64,000 nucleotides of DNA from NCBI GenBank assembly GCA_963765205.1, contig CAVXVB010000009.1, positions 1,376,001 to 1,440,000 on the forward strand. Reading direction: 5' to 3'. Made by a program: the position numbers and the translations under genes. Below, piece by piece: positions 51,317 through 61,097 of this stretch. This DNA is from an uncultured Verrucomicrobiae bacterium (GTDB lineage Bacteria > Verrucomicrobiota > Verrucomicrobiia > Opitutales > JABDGR01). Below the pieces are notes generated by a model, which was not told the origin of the DNA, did no database searches, and worked only from the letters and a program-made list of their open reading frames with translations. Positions within the stretch are counted from its first letter, which is position 1, and each line of letters opens with the position of its first letter.

Positions 51317-52327
51317 ATGCGCGTGCTGGTCACCGGCGGCGGCGGGTTTCTTGGGCGGGAAGTGGTTAACCAACTCCTGGCCCGGGGCGAGCATGTGCGC
51401 AGTTTTGGGCGCACGCCGCAACCGGCGCTGGCGGCACGCGGAAGCGAAGTGCTGGAGGGAAATCTCGCGGACGCCGGGGCGGTGGCGCGGGCGGTCGCGG
51501 GTTGCGATGCGGTCATCCACACGGCGGCGAAGGCGGGCGTCTGGGGAACGTGGAAGGAATATTTCGAGCCGAACGTCGTCGGCACGCAAAACGTGCTGGC
51601 GGCAGCATACCGACACAACGTGAGGCGCCTGGTTTACACCAGCACCCCGAGTGTTGTCTTTAACGGCGAAGGCCACGCCGGCGTTGATGAATCGCAACCG
51701 TATGGCCGCGATTTTCCCTGCCATTATCCGCATACCAAGGCGCTGGCGGAACAGGCGGTGCTAGCCGCGCACGATGGGCAAAATCTTCGCGTGGTTGCGT
51801 TGCGGCCCCATTTGATTTGGGGCGCGGGCGACCCCCACCTGGTGCCGCGAATGCTAGCGCGCGCGGGCAAATTACGCATCATCGGCGACGGCACAAACCG
51901 CGTGGACCTCACCCATGTGCGCCACGCCGCCCAAGCCCATTTGCTTGCGCTCGACGCCTTGGCCGCGCCAGGGCATCCCGCCGGCGGCCACGCGTATTTT
52001 ATTTCCGATGGCGCACCGGTCGTGCTGTGGGATTGGATCAATACCCTGCTGCGCCGATTGGGGCGCCCGCCCGTCACGCGCCGGATTTCATTGCGGTCGG
52101 CCCGTTCGGTCGGAACCATCCTGGAAGTTCTTTGGCGCGCGCTGCCATTTTTGCCCGGGGAACCGCCCTTGACTCGTTTTGTAGCCACGGAATTGGCGAA
52201 AGACCACTGGTATTCCATCGCCGCCGCCCGCCGGGATTTTGGCTATGCTCCCACCATCAAACTTTCCGCCGAAATGGATGAACTGATTAGCAGTCTGGCG
52301 CAGCCTTTTTCAAGCAAAGGCCCATGA
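51317..52327 (+). CDS. oleD: OleD-like NAD-dependent reductase (3-beta-HSD/extended SDR)
   Basis: TGGGGFLG, HTAAKAGVWG, YTSTPSVVF, YPHTKALAE, LRPHLIWG.GDPHL. Confidence 0.8.
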   Translation: MRVLVTGGGGFLGREVVNQLLARGEHVRSFGRTPQPALAARGSEVLEGNLADAGAVARAVAGCDAVIHTAAKAGVWGTWKEYFEPNVVGTQNVLAAAYRHNVRRLVYTSTPSVVFNGEGHAGVDESQPYGRDFPCHYPHTKALAEQAVLAAHDGQNLRVVALRPHLIWGAGDPHLVPRMLARAGKLRIIGDGTNRVDLTHVRHAAQAHLLALDALAAPGHPAGGHAYFISDGAPVVLWDWINTLLRRLGRPPVTRRISLRSARSVGTILEVLWRALPFLPGEPPLTRFVATELAKDHWYSIAAARRDFGYAPTIKLSAEMDELISSLAQPFSSKGP

Positions 52328-52382
52328 TATGGCAACCATGCCATATTTGCTGTTGACAAGTATGGCAGGCAAGCCATACCAT
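52327..52382 (+). promoter_or_regulatory. vapBC promoter with two TATGGC-N6-GCCATA operators
   Basis: ATATGGCA-acca-TGCCATAT (52327-52346) and GTATGGC-aggcaa-GCCATAC (52360-52379) flank TTGACA (52353); TACCAT 18 bp downstream. Confidence 0.7.
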
Positions 52383-52391
52383 GGCGATGTT

Positions 52392-52649
52392 ATGAAAATG
52401 ACCATGCATATTGATGAAGAAGTTTTGGCCGAAGTGATGAAATCCACCGGGGCCAAAACCAAAACCGAAGCCGTCGGCACGGCGTTGAAGGAATTGGCCC
52501 GGAAGTCCAAGCTCAAAACCATCTTGAACGAGGGCTTGGGCTTGTCCGCGGCTGAATTGAAGAACCTCTTCGACCCGGCGTCCGTGGGCACGATGGCCCT
52601 TGCCGAAGACAAAGGCCCCTATCGCTATGAGCGCAAGAATACTCGTTGA
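52392..52649 (+). CDS. VapB-type antitoxin (DUF2191-like)
   Basis: MKMTMHIDEEVLAEVMKSTGAKTKTEAV..ALKEL. Confidence 0.85.
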   Translation: MKMTMHIDEEVLAEVMKSTGAKTKTEAVGTALKELARKSKLKTILNEGLGLSAAELKNLFDPASVGTMALAEDKGPYRYERKNTR

Positions 52650-53019
52650 CAGCAACTTCTACATTGACCGTGCGCGGCAAGGGGAGTACCCCTTTGCGGA
52701 GCTAGCCCAATCGGACCCGGATTGGGAGATTATGACCTGCGGCATGGTGACGGTCGAAGTGCTGCGCGGGATAAAACATCCCCGCGCGCTGGAGCGCTTC
52801 GCGACGGCGTTTTCGGTGACGCTTTTCATCGCGAGCACCAGCCTGGTCTGGGAACGCGCCTGGCGGCTGGGCTGGGATATGGATCGCGCCGGCAAAGTCA
52901 TCCCTGGGCCAGACCTGGTCATCGCCGCCCATGCCTTGTCGGTGGGGGCAGCCGTTTTGACCGCCGACCATCATTTCCGCCAAATTCCTGGATTGGCGGT
53001 GCTGAATCGGCTGGGTTGA
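52627..53019 (+). CDS. PIN domain (VapC) toxin
   Basis: ILVDSNFYI, EVLRG, DLVIAAHA, VLTADHHFRQIPGL. Confidence 0.9.
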   Translation: MSARILVDSNFYIDRARQGEYPFAELAQSDPDWEIMTCGMVTVEVLRGIKHPRALERFATAFSVTLFIASTSLVWERAWRLGWDMDRAGKVIPGPDLVIAAHALSVGAAVLTADHHFRQIPGLAVLNRLG

Positions 53020-53089
53020 AACGTTGGGGCGCGGAAGGCCCAGTGGCGTCCGCTTGATTATTTCGGCGGGAATCGGGTTTGCTCGGCTC

Positions 53090-53665
53090 ATGCGCATCAC
53101 TGGCGGCCGCGCGCGCGGCATCGTGTTGAAAATTCCCGCCCGCGGCACCCTGCGGCCGGCCACGGGTTATTTGCGCGAAGCGGTGTTTTCCTCGCTGGGG
53201 GCGAGAGTGGCCAGCGCGCGGGTGCTCGATTTGTTCGCCGGCACAGGTGCGTATGGCCTGGAAGCGGTCAGCCGCGGCGCGACGCACGCCACCTGCGTGG
53301 ACGCCAATGCCGCGGCCGTTATTGCCATCCGCGCGAATCTCGCGGCCGTGGCCAAGGCGATGGGTGTCGCCGGGCCGGACGCACTGGGCCGCGCCAGCGA
53401 AGGCGACGTGTTTTCCTGGCAACCACCGGCCGGCGCGGAATTCGATTTGGTGTTTGTGGACCCGCCCTACGCCTTGCTGCCGCAATTTGGAGCGACTCTC
53501 CTGGCGCGCACGGCCGCGTGGCTCGCGCCCGGCACGGGGGTGCGACTTTTGCTGGAAGCACCCGGCGAATACGAGCCGACCCCGCCACCGGGCTGGGTGC
53601 TAGCCCGCCGACTGGGCAAAGGCAAGCGCCAGCCCAATTCGCTGATCTTCGCGCGGGCGGAATAA
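53090..53665 (+). CDS. rsmD: 16S rRNA m2G966 methyltransferase RsmD
   Basis: MRITGGRARG, LDLFAGTGAYGLEAVSRGA, FVDPPY. Confidence 0.92.
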   Translation: MRITGGRARGIVLKIPARGTLRPATGYLREAVFSSLGARVASARVLDLFAGTGAYGLEAVSRGATHATCVDANAAAVIAIRANLAAVAKAMGVAGPDALGRASEGDVFSWQPPAGAEFDLVFVDPPYALLPQFGATLLARTAAWLAPGTGVRLLLEAPGEYEPTPPPGWVLARRLGKGKRQPNSLIFARAE

Positions 53666-53688
53666 GTCGGAGAGCCGGGTTGACCCGA

Positions 53689-55599
53689 TCAATGAGTTGC
53701 CGGGTTATTCCCGGCTTGGCCGGCGCGCAAATTGGCAAAAAACGGGGCCAGCGCCGGGTCGGGTTGCGGGCCGCCGCCGATTTCCCAGGCCGCGCGGCGC
53801 TGGGCTTCCGCAGGAGTTTCGTGGCCGGACTCCGCCAGCGCCGCCCGCGCCGCCGCGCTCCAGGCGTTGTTGCCGTTGGCCAGGTTCTCCCAAAAATAAA
53901 GTGCGCCATCCACCTGTCCCAACAGCCAGAGGCACGCGCCGCTGCGGAATTGGGCGGCGGGCGATTCGGTGGCAAGGTTGGCATTATCAAGCAATTGCTG
54001 TTCAAGTTCGGCCGGGGATGGCGGGGCGGGAAGATTTTTCAGGAGCTTCGAGAACCGCCAGCCGGCGGCCAGGTCGCGGTCGGCGAAAGTTAAGGTTGGC
54101 GCGCGATCGGCATTGGTGAGTTCGTGGATGGCGCTGTCATAATTGCCCAGCGAGGCTGAGGCCGTGGCGCGCTCGCGGCTGTCGCGCGCGGCCAGGAACG
54201 CCGCCGGGCTGTTGGGCCGCGGCCACCACACCAGGATGATGGCGGCGACCATAAGACAACACACAGTGATTTTTTTCTGGCGGTTGGGCGGCCAGGGCCA
54301 CGCCACGATGCCTCCGGCCAACAACGCCAGCAGCGCGGCCACGGGCGCGCGCGTTTCCAGCGTCGGATACCACAAAAGCCCGCCCGCCGCCGCGAGGGCC
54401 GCGAGCACCATCGCCAGGCCCGCTCCGGGTGAACGCCAGCCGAGCACCAACCCGGCTAATCCCAAGGCGAACAGCATTCCCCAATCGAGTGGGTTGCCTC
54501 GCAATAAATCCGTCTCGGTGCGGGCGCGGGCATAATCCGGCCCCGGGCTGTATTCAGCCGCGCCCAAAAACTGAAACGCCTTCTTGATCACCCGCCAGGC
54601 CGAGTGCGCGGGAAAAATAGCGGCGGATTGCGCCGCCGCCCGCCACCAATAACCATTGAGCACCGCGAGACCTTCAGGCGGTTTTTTCATTTGTATTTCG
54701 TAGGACAGGATGGCCTCTTGTTCGAGCCCATCGGGCGCGGGCTGGTTGCGGGTGAATTCGACGGCGGGCAGCGGCGCGGCGTCGGGCTGGGTGACTTCCA
54801 ACGCGCGCGCCAGGCGGTATAAATCCGCGCCGGCCAGCGGTTGCGGCGAACCACCCCAAAAATTTTGCAGCAGTATCACCGCCGCGACCACCGCGCCGGC
54901 GCCCACCAACGCCGCCATCATCCGGCTGCCCCGCGCATCGGGCCCCAGAAACACCGCGACCAGCGGCCACGCCAGCGCCGTGGGCCAATAGGTGGCGGAA
55001 AAAGCCGCCGCCAACGCGAATGCGATGCCCGCCACCGTCGGATACACCCAGGTGTGACAGTGGCCCGGACGTCCACCCGCCCACATGGGTGATTGCCAGA
55101 CGACGCCCAGGGCGGTCGCCACGCCTCCCAGCCACGCCAGCAGAGCCAAAGAATCGGGGCCGGGTTGCGTCGCCAAAAAAACGGCGGGTGGATAAAAGCC
55201 CCACAAAGCGCAGGCCACGAGCGCACCCCGGCGCCGCCAAAACCGCCAGCCGATGCCCGCCATCAACGCCGCGGATAATATATGCGCGCCGCCGTTGAGC
55301 GCGCGCGCCGCCGCGGCGAGACCCGCGGCGGGCACGCCCATTTCGCGCAGCGCAGCCAATGTTGTCAAATAAGCGGGCGCGCGGAAAAACGGTTCGCGCG
55401 GCGTGGTGCCGTGGTAAAGCGATTCCGCGCCGGCCAGCCATGCGGCGGCTTCGCCCTGCGGACGCTGGCCGAGGGGGGTGCGCGCCCAGACCCCGAGCAC
55501 GAGGGCGGTGTAAAGGCCCGTCAGCAGCAACAGCCCCGCCAGACCGGCCCAAAAAGCGCGGGTTTTGAAATCGAAAGACGAGTGAGCGGAATGTTCCAC
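53689..55599 (-). CDS. Multi-TM membrane protein, GT-C/ArnT-like glycosyltransferase with TPR-like tail
   Basis: EPFFRAPAY motif, many TM segments, helical C-terminus; GTG start inferred. Confidence 0.6.
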   Translation of the reverse strand: MEHSAHSSFDFKTRAFWAGLAGLLLLTGLYTALVLGVWARTPLGQRPQGEAAAWLAGAESLYHGTTPREPFFRAPAYLTTLAALREMGVPAAGLAAAARALNGGAHILSAALMAGIGWRFWRRRGALVACALWGFYPPAVFLATQPGPDSLALLAWLGGVATALGVVWQSPMWAGGRPGHCHTWVYPTVAGIAFALAAAFSATYWPTALAWPLVAVFLGPDARGSRMMAALVGAGAVVAAVILLQNFWGGSPQPLAGADLYRLARALEVTQPDAAPLPAVEFTRNQPAPDGLEQEAILSYEIQMKKPPEGLAVLNGYWWRAAAQSAAIFPAHSAWRVIKKAFQFLGAAEYSPGPDYARARTETDLLRGNPLDWGMLFALGLAGLVLGWRSPGAGLAMVLAALAAAGGLLWYPTLETRAPVAALLALLAGGIVAWPWPPNRQKKITVCCLMVAAIILVWWPRPNSPAAFLAARDSRERATASASLGNYDSAIHELTNADRAPTLTFADRDLAAGWRFSKLLKNLPAPPSPAELEQQLLDNANLATESPAAQFRSGACLWLLGQVDGALYFWENLANGNNAWSAAARAALAESGHETPAEAQRRAAWEIGGGPQPDPALAPFFANLRAGQAGNNPATH

Positions 55600-55656
55600 G
55601 CGGCGTGGGGGCAGTTTATGCGTTGGACAGCGAGGCAGGCAACTTGATAGCATCGG

Positions 55657-56352
55657 TTGATGCCATCCGGTTTCCTTGCCCGCCATCCGCGCAAAGCCGC
55701 GGCGCTGGGCGCGGTGGCGCTGGCGGCGCTGGCCGGGGTCGCGTGGCTGCTTGACGGACGCCCGAACGTGGCGGAAATCGTGGTGCAGGTGAAGACGCTG
55801 GCGGGCGCGGTGAAAAACATCGTGGTCTGGTGCGCGGGCGGCAACCCGGCCCGTTATGTCGCGGCGCTGGCGGTGCTGCCTTATCTGGGCGTGCCGGTGA
55901 CGTTTATTTACCCGGTCGCCGGCATCACTTATGGTCCCGTCATGGGGTTGGTGTGGACGGCGGTGGGGTTGGCGCTGAATTTGCCGCTGGGTTATGTGAT
56001 TGGCCACTGGCTGCGCGGGCCGATTACGCGCCGGCTCGAGCGCCACCAGTGGAAGCTGCCGGAGGTGCCGCCGGGGGAATTTGGCGCGTTGATCGTGTTC
56101 ACCCGCGTCATCCCCGGGCCGCCGCTGATCGTGCAGAATTTCCTGCTCGCCATCGCGGGCGCGCCGTTTTGGAAATATTATCTTTACTCCTTGCCGCTGA
56201 CGTTGATTTTCGCGGCGGGGTGGCTGATGGCCAGCGGCGCGTTGTTGAATGGGAACGCCATGCTGGCGCTGAAAGGCGTGGGCCTGCTCGTCGCGGTGGG
56301 GCTGCTGGCGCATTTTGTGAAAAAGTTTCATCAGGCGCGGAAAAAGAGGTGA
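55657..56352 (+). CDS. TVP38/TMEM64 (DedA/VTT) family membrane protein
   Basis: AGITYGPVMG, RVIPGPPLIVQNFLLAIAGAPFWKY. Confidence 0.85.
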   Translation: MMPSGFLARHPRKAAALGAVALAALAGVAWLLDGRPNVAEIVVQVKTLAGAVKNIVVWCAGGNPARYVAALAVLPYLGVPVTFIYPVAGITYGPVMGLVWTAVGLALNLPLGYVIGHWLRGPITRRLERHQWKLPEVPPGEFGALIVFTRVIPGPPLIVQNFLLAIAGAPFWKYYLYSLPLTLIFAAGWLMASGALLNGNAMLALKGVGLLVAVGLLAHFVKKFHQARKKR

Positions 56353-56358
56353 TGATAA

Positions 56359-56814
56359 TTCACCGCAAAGGCGCGAAGGGCGCGGAGAGAGAGTTTTTTT
56401 TTTGACAGAATTAACAAAATTTACAGAATTTATTCCTGGTGGATTGGGCGGCTTTGCGTAAGTTTTCTGGTCAGCCGTGTCTCGGGTTGAAATTTTTTCC
56501 GCAGCCTGAAGGGCTGTAGGAATAAAGCCCAGGGTTTCGCGCAGCGATACCCTGGGTAGGAATAGAGTAAAATATTCCGCGCCCTGTCAGGGCGCAGGAG
56601 TTGAATTCTGCTCCTCTGCCCCTACAGGGCAGTAGTTTATTGATGACTCGTTACCCAGGGTATCGCTGCGCGAAACCCTGGGCTGGATTCCTCCGCCCCG
56701 TTGGGGCGAAAGACCAAAGCCCAAACTGAGACACTACCTTCTGGTCGTCAATTTTGTTGATTTTGTTAATTCTGTCAAAATCCTCCTTTGCGTTCTTTGC
56801 GCCTTAGCGGTGAA
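56359..56814. repeat. Nested cluster of four inverted-repeat elements
   Basis: Outer TTCACCGCAAAG 9-mer arms, TTTTGACAGAATT 9-mer arms, IS1-like MITE, REP-like core. Confidence 0.85.
56473..56738. mobile_element. MITE with IS1-like ends carrying REP-like hairpins
   Basis: Right end CCAAACTGAGACACTACC, degenerate left end AGCCGTGTCTCGGGTTG; 8-bp direct repeat TTCTGGTC at 56465-56472 and 56739-56746. Confidence 0.8.
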
Positions 56815-56916
56815 AAAAACACCCCCACCCCCCTTCACCAATTTTCTTGCCAAAGGGCCCGGGCCGGGGCATAGCTTTTGCCGCTGGGTGGACGTGATCC
56901 ATTCCTTGCCCCTGTT

Positions 56917-59177
56917 ATGCGCGCCCATTTCGCATTTACCGCCCGGCGTTTGATTTTTTGCTGGCCGCGGCGTGCGCCATCCTCTGCGGCAAGGCGCAGG
57001 CGCAGAATTTCACTTACACGACCAATAGTGATGGCTCGCTCAACATCACCGGCTATAATGGCTCTGACACCGTGATTACCATTCCCAGCACGATACTGGT
57101 CAACGGTGTTAACCTGACAGTCACGAGCATCGGGATGGGTGCTTTCGTTAACAAAGGTCTAAACAGCGTCACGATCCCAGACACTGTCACAGACATCGGA
57201 GGGGATGCGTTCTTTAACTGTAACAGCCTGACCAGCGTCACGATCCCAGACAGTGTCACAAGCATCGGAAGCGCTGCGTTCGAATACTGCTCTGGCTTGA
57301 CCAACGTCACCATTGGCAGCAGCGTGACCAGCATCGGCAATAATGCATTCATTGAATGCTCCAGCCTGACCAGCGTCACGATCCCAGACAGTGTCACAAG
57401 CATCGGAAGCGCTGCGTTCGAATACTGCTCTGGCTTGACCAACGTCACTATTGGCAGCAGTGTGACTACCATTGGTAATGATACATTCAATGAATGCTCC
57501 AGCTTGACCAGCATTACAATCCCCGACAGCGTAACCGGCCTCGGAATGCAAGCGTTTGAAGGGTGCTCCAATTTAACAAATATCACCATTGGCAATAGTG
57601 TTACTAGCATCGGGGCACAAACATTCGAAGAGTGCTCCAGTTTGACCAACATCAACATTGGCAACAGTGTTACCAGTATCGGAAAAGAGGCGTTCTTTAA
57701 TTGCAGTAGTCTAAACAGTGTAACTCTCGGCAACAACGTCATTAGCTTCGGGGATGAAGCTTTCGCAGGCTGCATCAGCCTGACCAGCATCGCGATCCCA
57801 AAGAGCGTCACCAGCATCGGAGCATTGGCTTTTTTTAATTGCACCAGTCTGACCGCGATAAACGTGGATCCAAGCAATCCCGATTATAGTAGTGTGGCGG
57901 GAATCTTGTTCGACAATAACCAGACTTCCCTAATCCAATACCCGGCAGACAAGGTAGGAACATTCTATGCCATCCCCAACAGCGTCACCAGCATCGAGTT
58001 TGCCGCATTCGAAAATTGCCAACTATCTAACGTCACGATTCCTAATAGCGTCAGCAGCATCGGAGAAAATGCGTTTGCAGCAACTAACCTGACCAGTATC
58101 ACGATTCCTAATAGCGTTGCCAGTATTGGAAACGCCACGTTTATTGATTGCTACAACCTGACCACCGTTACGATTTCAAGCAACGTCACCATTATCGGAG
58201 ACTATGCGTTTAACAACACCGGACTGACCAATGTGACCATCCCCGATAGCGTTACCCAAATTGGAAACCAAACATTTTATGCTTGCCCGAACCTTACCAG
58301 CATCACGATTGGCAACAACGTTACCTTCATCGGTTCGTCAGCGTTCGGATACAGCTCCGACCTGATTAACGTTTATTTCACGGGTAACGCCCCCAGCGCT
58401 GATTCGAGTGTATTCCAAACTGATAGCAACGCGACGGTCTATTATTTGCCAGGCACGAGTGGCTGGGGTTCCACTTATGACGGTGTTCCGTCCGTGATGA
58501 TGGAGCAGCCGGCCATTAGCACCCCGCCAACCAATGAAACATTGGTGGCCGGAGCGAACGCCACATTCGCCGTCGCGGCCAGTGGCATCCCTGCGCCGAG
58601 TTACCAATGGCAGGTTTCGACGGATGGGGGAAATACTTGGAATAATGTCAGCGGGAATATTTATGCGGGGGCGACGACGGCAAACTTGACGATTACCAAC
58701 GCGACCACGGCGCAGTTGGGTTACCAGTATCAGGCGGTCCTCACCAATTTCGCGGGGACGACGACCACGGCGCCGGTTCCGCTGGTGGTGGGGACTTCAA
58801 ATGCGCAACTGACCTGGCTCCAGAATAATTTCACGTCCGCGCAATTGGGCCAGCCCTTCATCGTTGGCGATGCGGCCGACCCGGCGGGCGACGGGATTCC
58901 GAATCTGCTCAAATATGCGTTCAACCTTAATCCGTGGGTGGAGGGGCATCCGTTCCTGCCGCAGCCGGTTTTCGCCGCGGGGAACTTGACGCTGACTTTT
59001 CCGGCTCCGCAAACGGATATTAACTACACCGTCGAAGCCAGCCCGGATTTGATTAACTGGAGCACGGCAGGGGTGACGCAGACCAGCGATGCCGGCAACG
59101 GGACAGTGACAGGGAGTTATGGGTTGACGGGGAGCGGGCCGGTGTTTCTGCAAATTATGGTCGCGCCTATGCCGTGA
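56917..59177 (+). CDS. Secreted BspA-type leucine-rich repeat protein with Ig-like domain and C-terminal 'ADPxGDGIPNLLKYAF' domain (homopolymer frameshift in the signal peptide near 56955)
   Basis: Repeated LTSVTIPDSVTSIGxxAF 23-aa units; PAPSYQWQVSTDGG Ig motif; MRAHFAFTARRLIF joins LAAACAILCGKAQA. Confidence 0.9.
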
Positions 59178-59180
59178 GGA

Positions 59181-59385
59181 TTCACCGCAAAGCCGCGAAG
59201 AGCGCAGAGAAAAAAATTCAACCACGGAGAACACGGAGGGCACGGAAGGGAGAGTTTCAGGTTTGGAGTTGAATTTCCTCTGTGTTCTCCGTGTCCTCCG
59301 TGGTTAATCAATTCCTTACGCAAAGTCGCAAGAAAAGAATTCTGTCAAAAATCTTCTTTCGCGCTCTTCGCGACTTGGCGGTGAA
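59181..59385. repeat. Nested 9-mer inverted-arm elements
   Basis: Outer ttcaccgcaaagccgcgaagagcgc ... gcgctcttcgcgacttggcggtgaa; inner aaccacggagaacacggagggcacgga ... tctgtgttctccgtgtcctccgtggtt. Confidence 0.85.
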
Positions 59386-59446
59386 TTGCCTTGGGTTTTG
59401 ACAGACACTGGTTTTGCGGAGACAATCGCCCCATCTTTTAATTGCG

Positions 59447-60805
59447 ATGCGAAAATCTCCCCCAGAAATGCCACCGGATTCGGCGCGCGTCCTCAGCGTC
59501 GGGGATTTGACGCGGCGCATCAAGGCGTTGCTCGAGGACGCGGTGCCGGAGGTGTGGATTCGGGGCGAGGTTTCCAATTTGCGCCGCCAGCCGAGCGGGC
59601 ACGTTTATTTCACGCTCAAGGACAGCGAGAGCCAGTTGCCGTGCGTGTTCTTTCGCGGGGAGGCGCTGCGGTGCGCGGTCGCGCTGCGGGACGGGCTGCA
59701 ACTGCTGGCGTGCGGGCGGCTGTCGGTGTACGAGCCGCGCGGGGCGTATCAACTGATCGTGCGCACGGCGCTGGAGGACGGCGTGGGGCGGCTGCGCCAG
59801 GAATTCGAGCAGCTCAAGGCGCGGCTGGCGGCGGAGGGCTTGTTCGACCCGGCCCGCAAGCGCGCGCTGCCGGCGCGACCGCGCGTGGTCGGGTTCGTCA
59901 CGTCGCCGGGCGGGGCGGCGGTGCGGGATTTCATCAGCATCCTGCGGCGGCGCGGGTGGGCGGGGCGGCTGGTGATTTTGCCGGCCAAGGTGCAGGGGCG
60001 CGAGGCCGCCGGCGAAATGGCCGCGCAACTGGCGGCGGCGGCGCGACTGGGCATTTTTGATTTGCTGGTAATTGGGCGCGGCGGCGGGAGCCTCGAGGAC
60101 TTGTGGGCGTTCAACGAGGAGCCGCTGGTGCGCGCGGTCGCGGCCTGCCCGATTCCGGTGATTTCCGCCGTGGGCCACGAGACGGATTTCACGCTGTGCG
60201 ATTTCGCCGCCGACCGGCGCGCCGAGACGCCGTCCGCCGCGGCCGAATTGATTTCGAGCGCGTATCTGGAGCAGGTCGAGTCTGTCAGCGCCCTCGGGCG
60301 GACGCTGCGCGATTACGCGGCGCAGGACCTCGAACGCCGCCGGGCGCGGCTGGAGCTGCTGGCGCACCGCCGCGCGGCGGCGTCGCCCCGCGAGTTGGTC
60401 GAGCAACAATTTTTGCGGCTGGATGACCTGGCCGGCCGCGCGCAGGCGGCCTGGCGCGAGGCCCTGCACACGCGCCGGCACGCGCTGCAACTGGCGGCGG
60501 CGGGATTGGCCGCGCAGGCGCCGGGCCCGCGTTTGCGGGTCGATCGGGCGCGCTGGCAGGCGCTGCGGCAGCGGCTGGGCCGGCTCGGCGCGACCGCGCT
60601 GGAACCACGCGAAGCCACGTTGACACATTTGAAACGCCGCCTGAAGGAGACCGATGTCGCGCGCGTGCTGGCGCGGGGTTTTGTCATTTTAGCGGACAGC
60701 GCCGGCGCGCCGGTGACGCGCCGGGCCAATCTGCATGCAGGCCAGCGCGTGCGCGCGCGTTTCCGCGACGGGGAGGCGGGATTGACAGCGGATGATGAAG
60801 GGTGA
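59447..60805 (+). CDS. xseA: Exodeoxyribonuclease VII large subunit
   Basis: VWIRGEVSN, SGHVYFTLKD, GRGGGSLEDLWAFNEE, SAVGHETDFT, TPSAAAE. Confidence 0.96.
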   Translation: MRKSPPEMPPDSARVLSVGDLTRRIKALLEDAVPEVWIRGEVSNLRRQPSGHVYFTLKDSESQLPCVFFRGEALRCAVALRDGLQLLACGRLSVYEPRGAYQLIVRTALEDGVGRLRQEFEQLKARLAAEGLFDPARKRALPARPRVVGFVTSPGGAAVRDFISILRRRGWAGRLVILPAKVQGREAAGEMAAQLAAAARLGIFDLLVIGRGGGSLEDLWAFNEEPLVRAVAACPIPVISAVGHETDFTLCDFAADRRAETPSAAAELISSAYLEQVESVSALGRTLRDYAAQDLERRRARLELLAHRRAAASPRELVEQQFLRLDDLAGRAQAAWREALHTRRHALQLAAAGLAAQAPGPRLRVDRARWQALRQRLGRLGATALEPREATLTHLKRRLKETDVARVLARGFVILADSAGAPVTRRANLHAGQRVRARFRDGEAGLTADDEG

Positions 60806-60836
60806 TGCCACTTCGCAAAAGAATAGGGAGCTGGCT

Positions 60837-60971
60837 TAGGTCGTGTCTTCAAACTCAGGAAATTACGGACGAAAGAAGGCGCAGCAAGACTGCGCCCCTA
60901 CAAGAGCGCGCCGGTTCCAATGTAGGGGCGCAGTCTTGCTGCGCCCTTCAGGGGTTTGAAGACAGAACCTA
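60837..60971. mobile_element. MITE with TAGG...CCTA ends enclosing a GTAG-type REP doublet
   Basis: TTAGGTCGTGTCTTCAAAC ... GTTTGAAGACAGAACCTAA (17/19 IR); internal ggcgcagcaagactgcgcccCTAC ... GTAGgggcgcagtcttgctgcgcc. Confidence 0.75.
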
Positions 60972-61096
60972 ACGCTCAACTTTTAACGTTTAACGCTCAA
61001 CGCTTAAGTTTAGAGAAAACAAAGATTGTTGCCCAGTGGTAAGACGGCAGTGGCTCTTATAATTGAGCGTTTAAAGTTAAGCGTTTAATGCGTTAG
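60970..61096. repeat. Inverted heptamer-arm element (AACGCTC family)
   Basis: taacgctcaacttttaacgtttaacgctcaacgcttaa ... ttgagcgtttaaagttaagcgtttaatgcgtta. Confidence 0.8.
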
Positions 61097-61097
61097 C

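Noticed and set aside
55600..56331. N-terminal 244 aa of the 880-aa ORF 53689-56331
   Set aside because: Antisense shadow of the TVP38/DedA gene; the membrane protein most likely starts near 55599
57150..58380. Regularly spaced ~69-nt repeats as a possible CRISPR array or DGR template/variable pair
   Set aside because: They are in-frame coding LRR units; there are no unique spacers, no cas or reverse transcriptase gene, and differences are not adenine-specific
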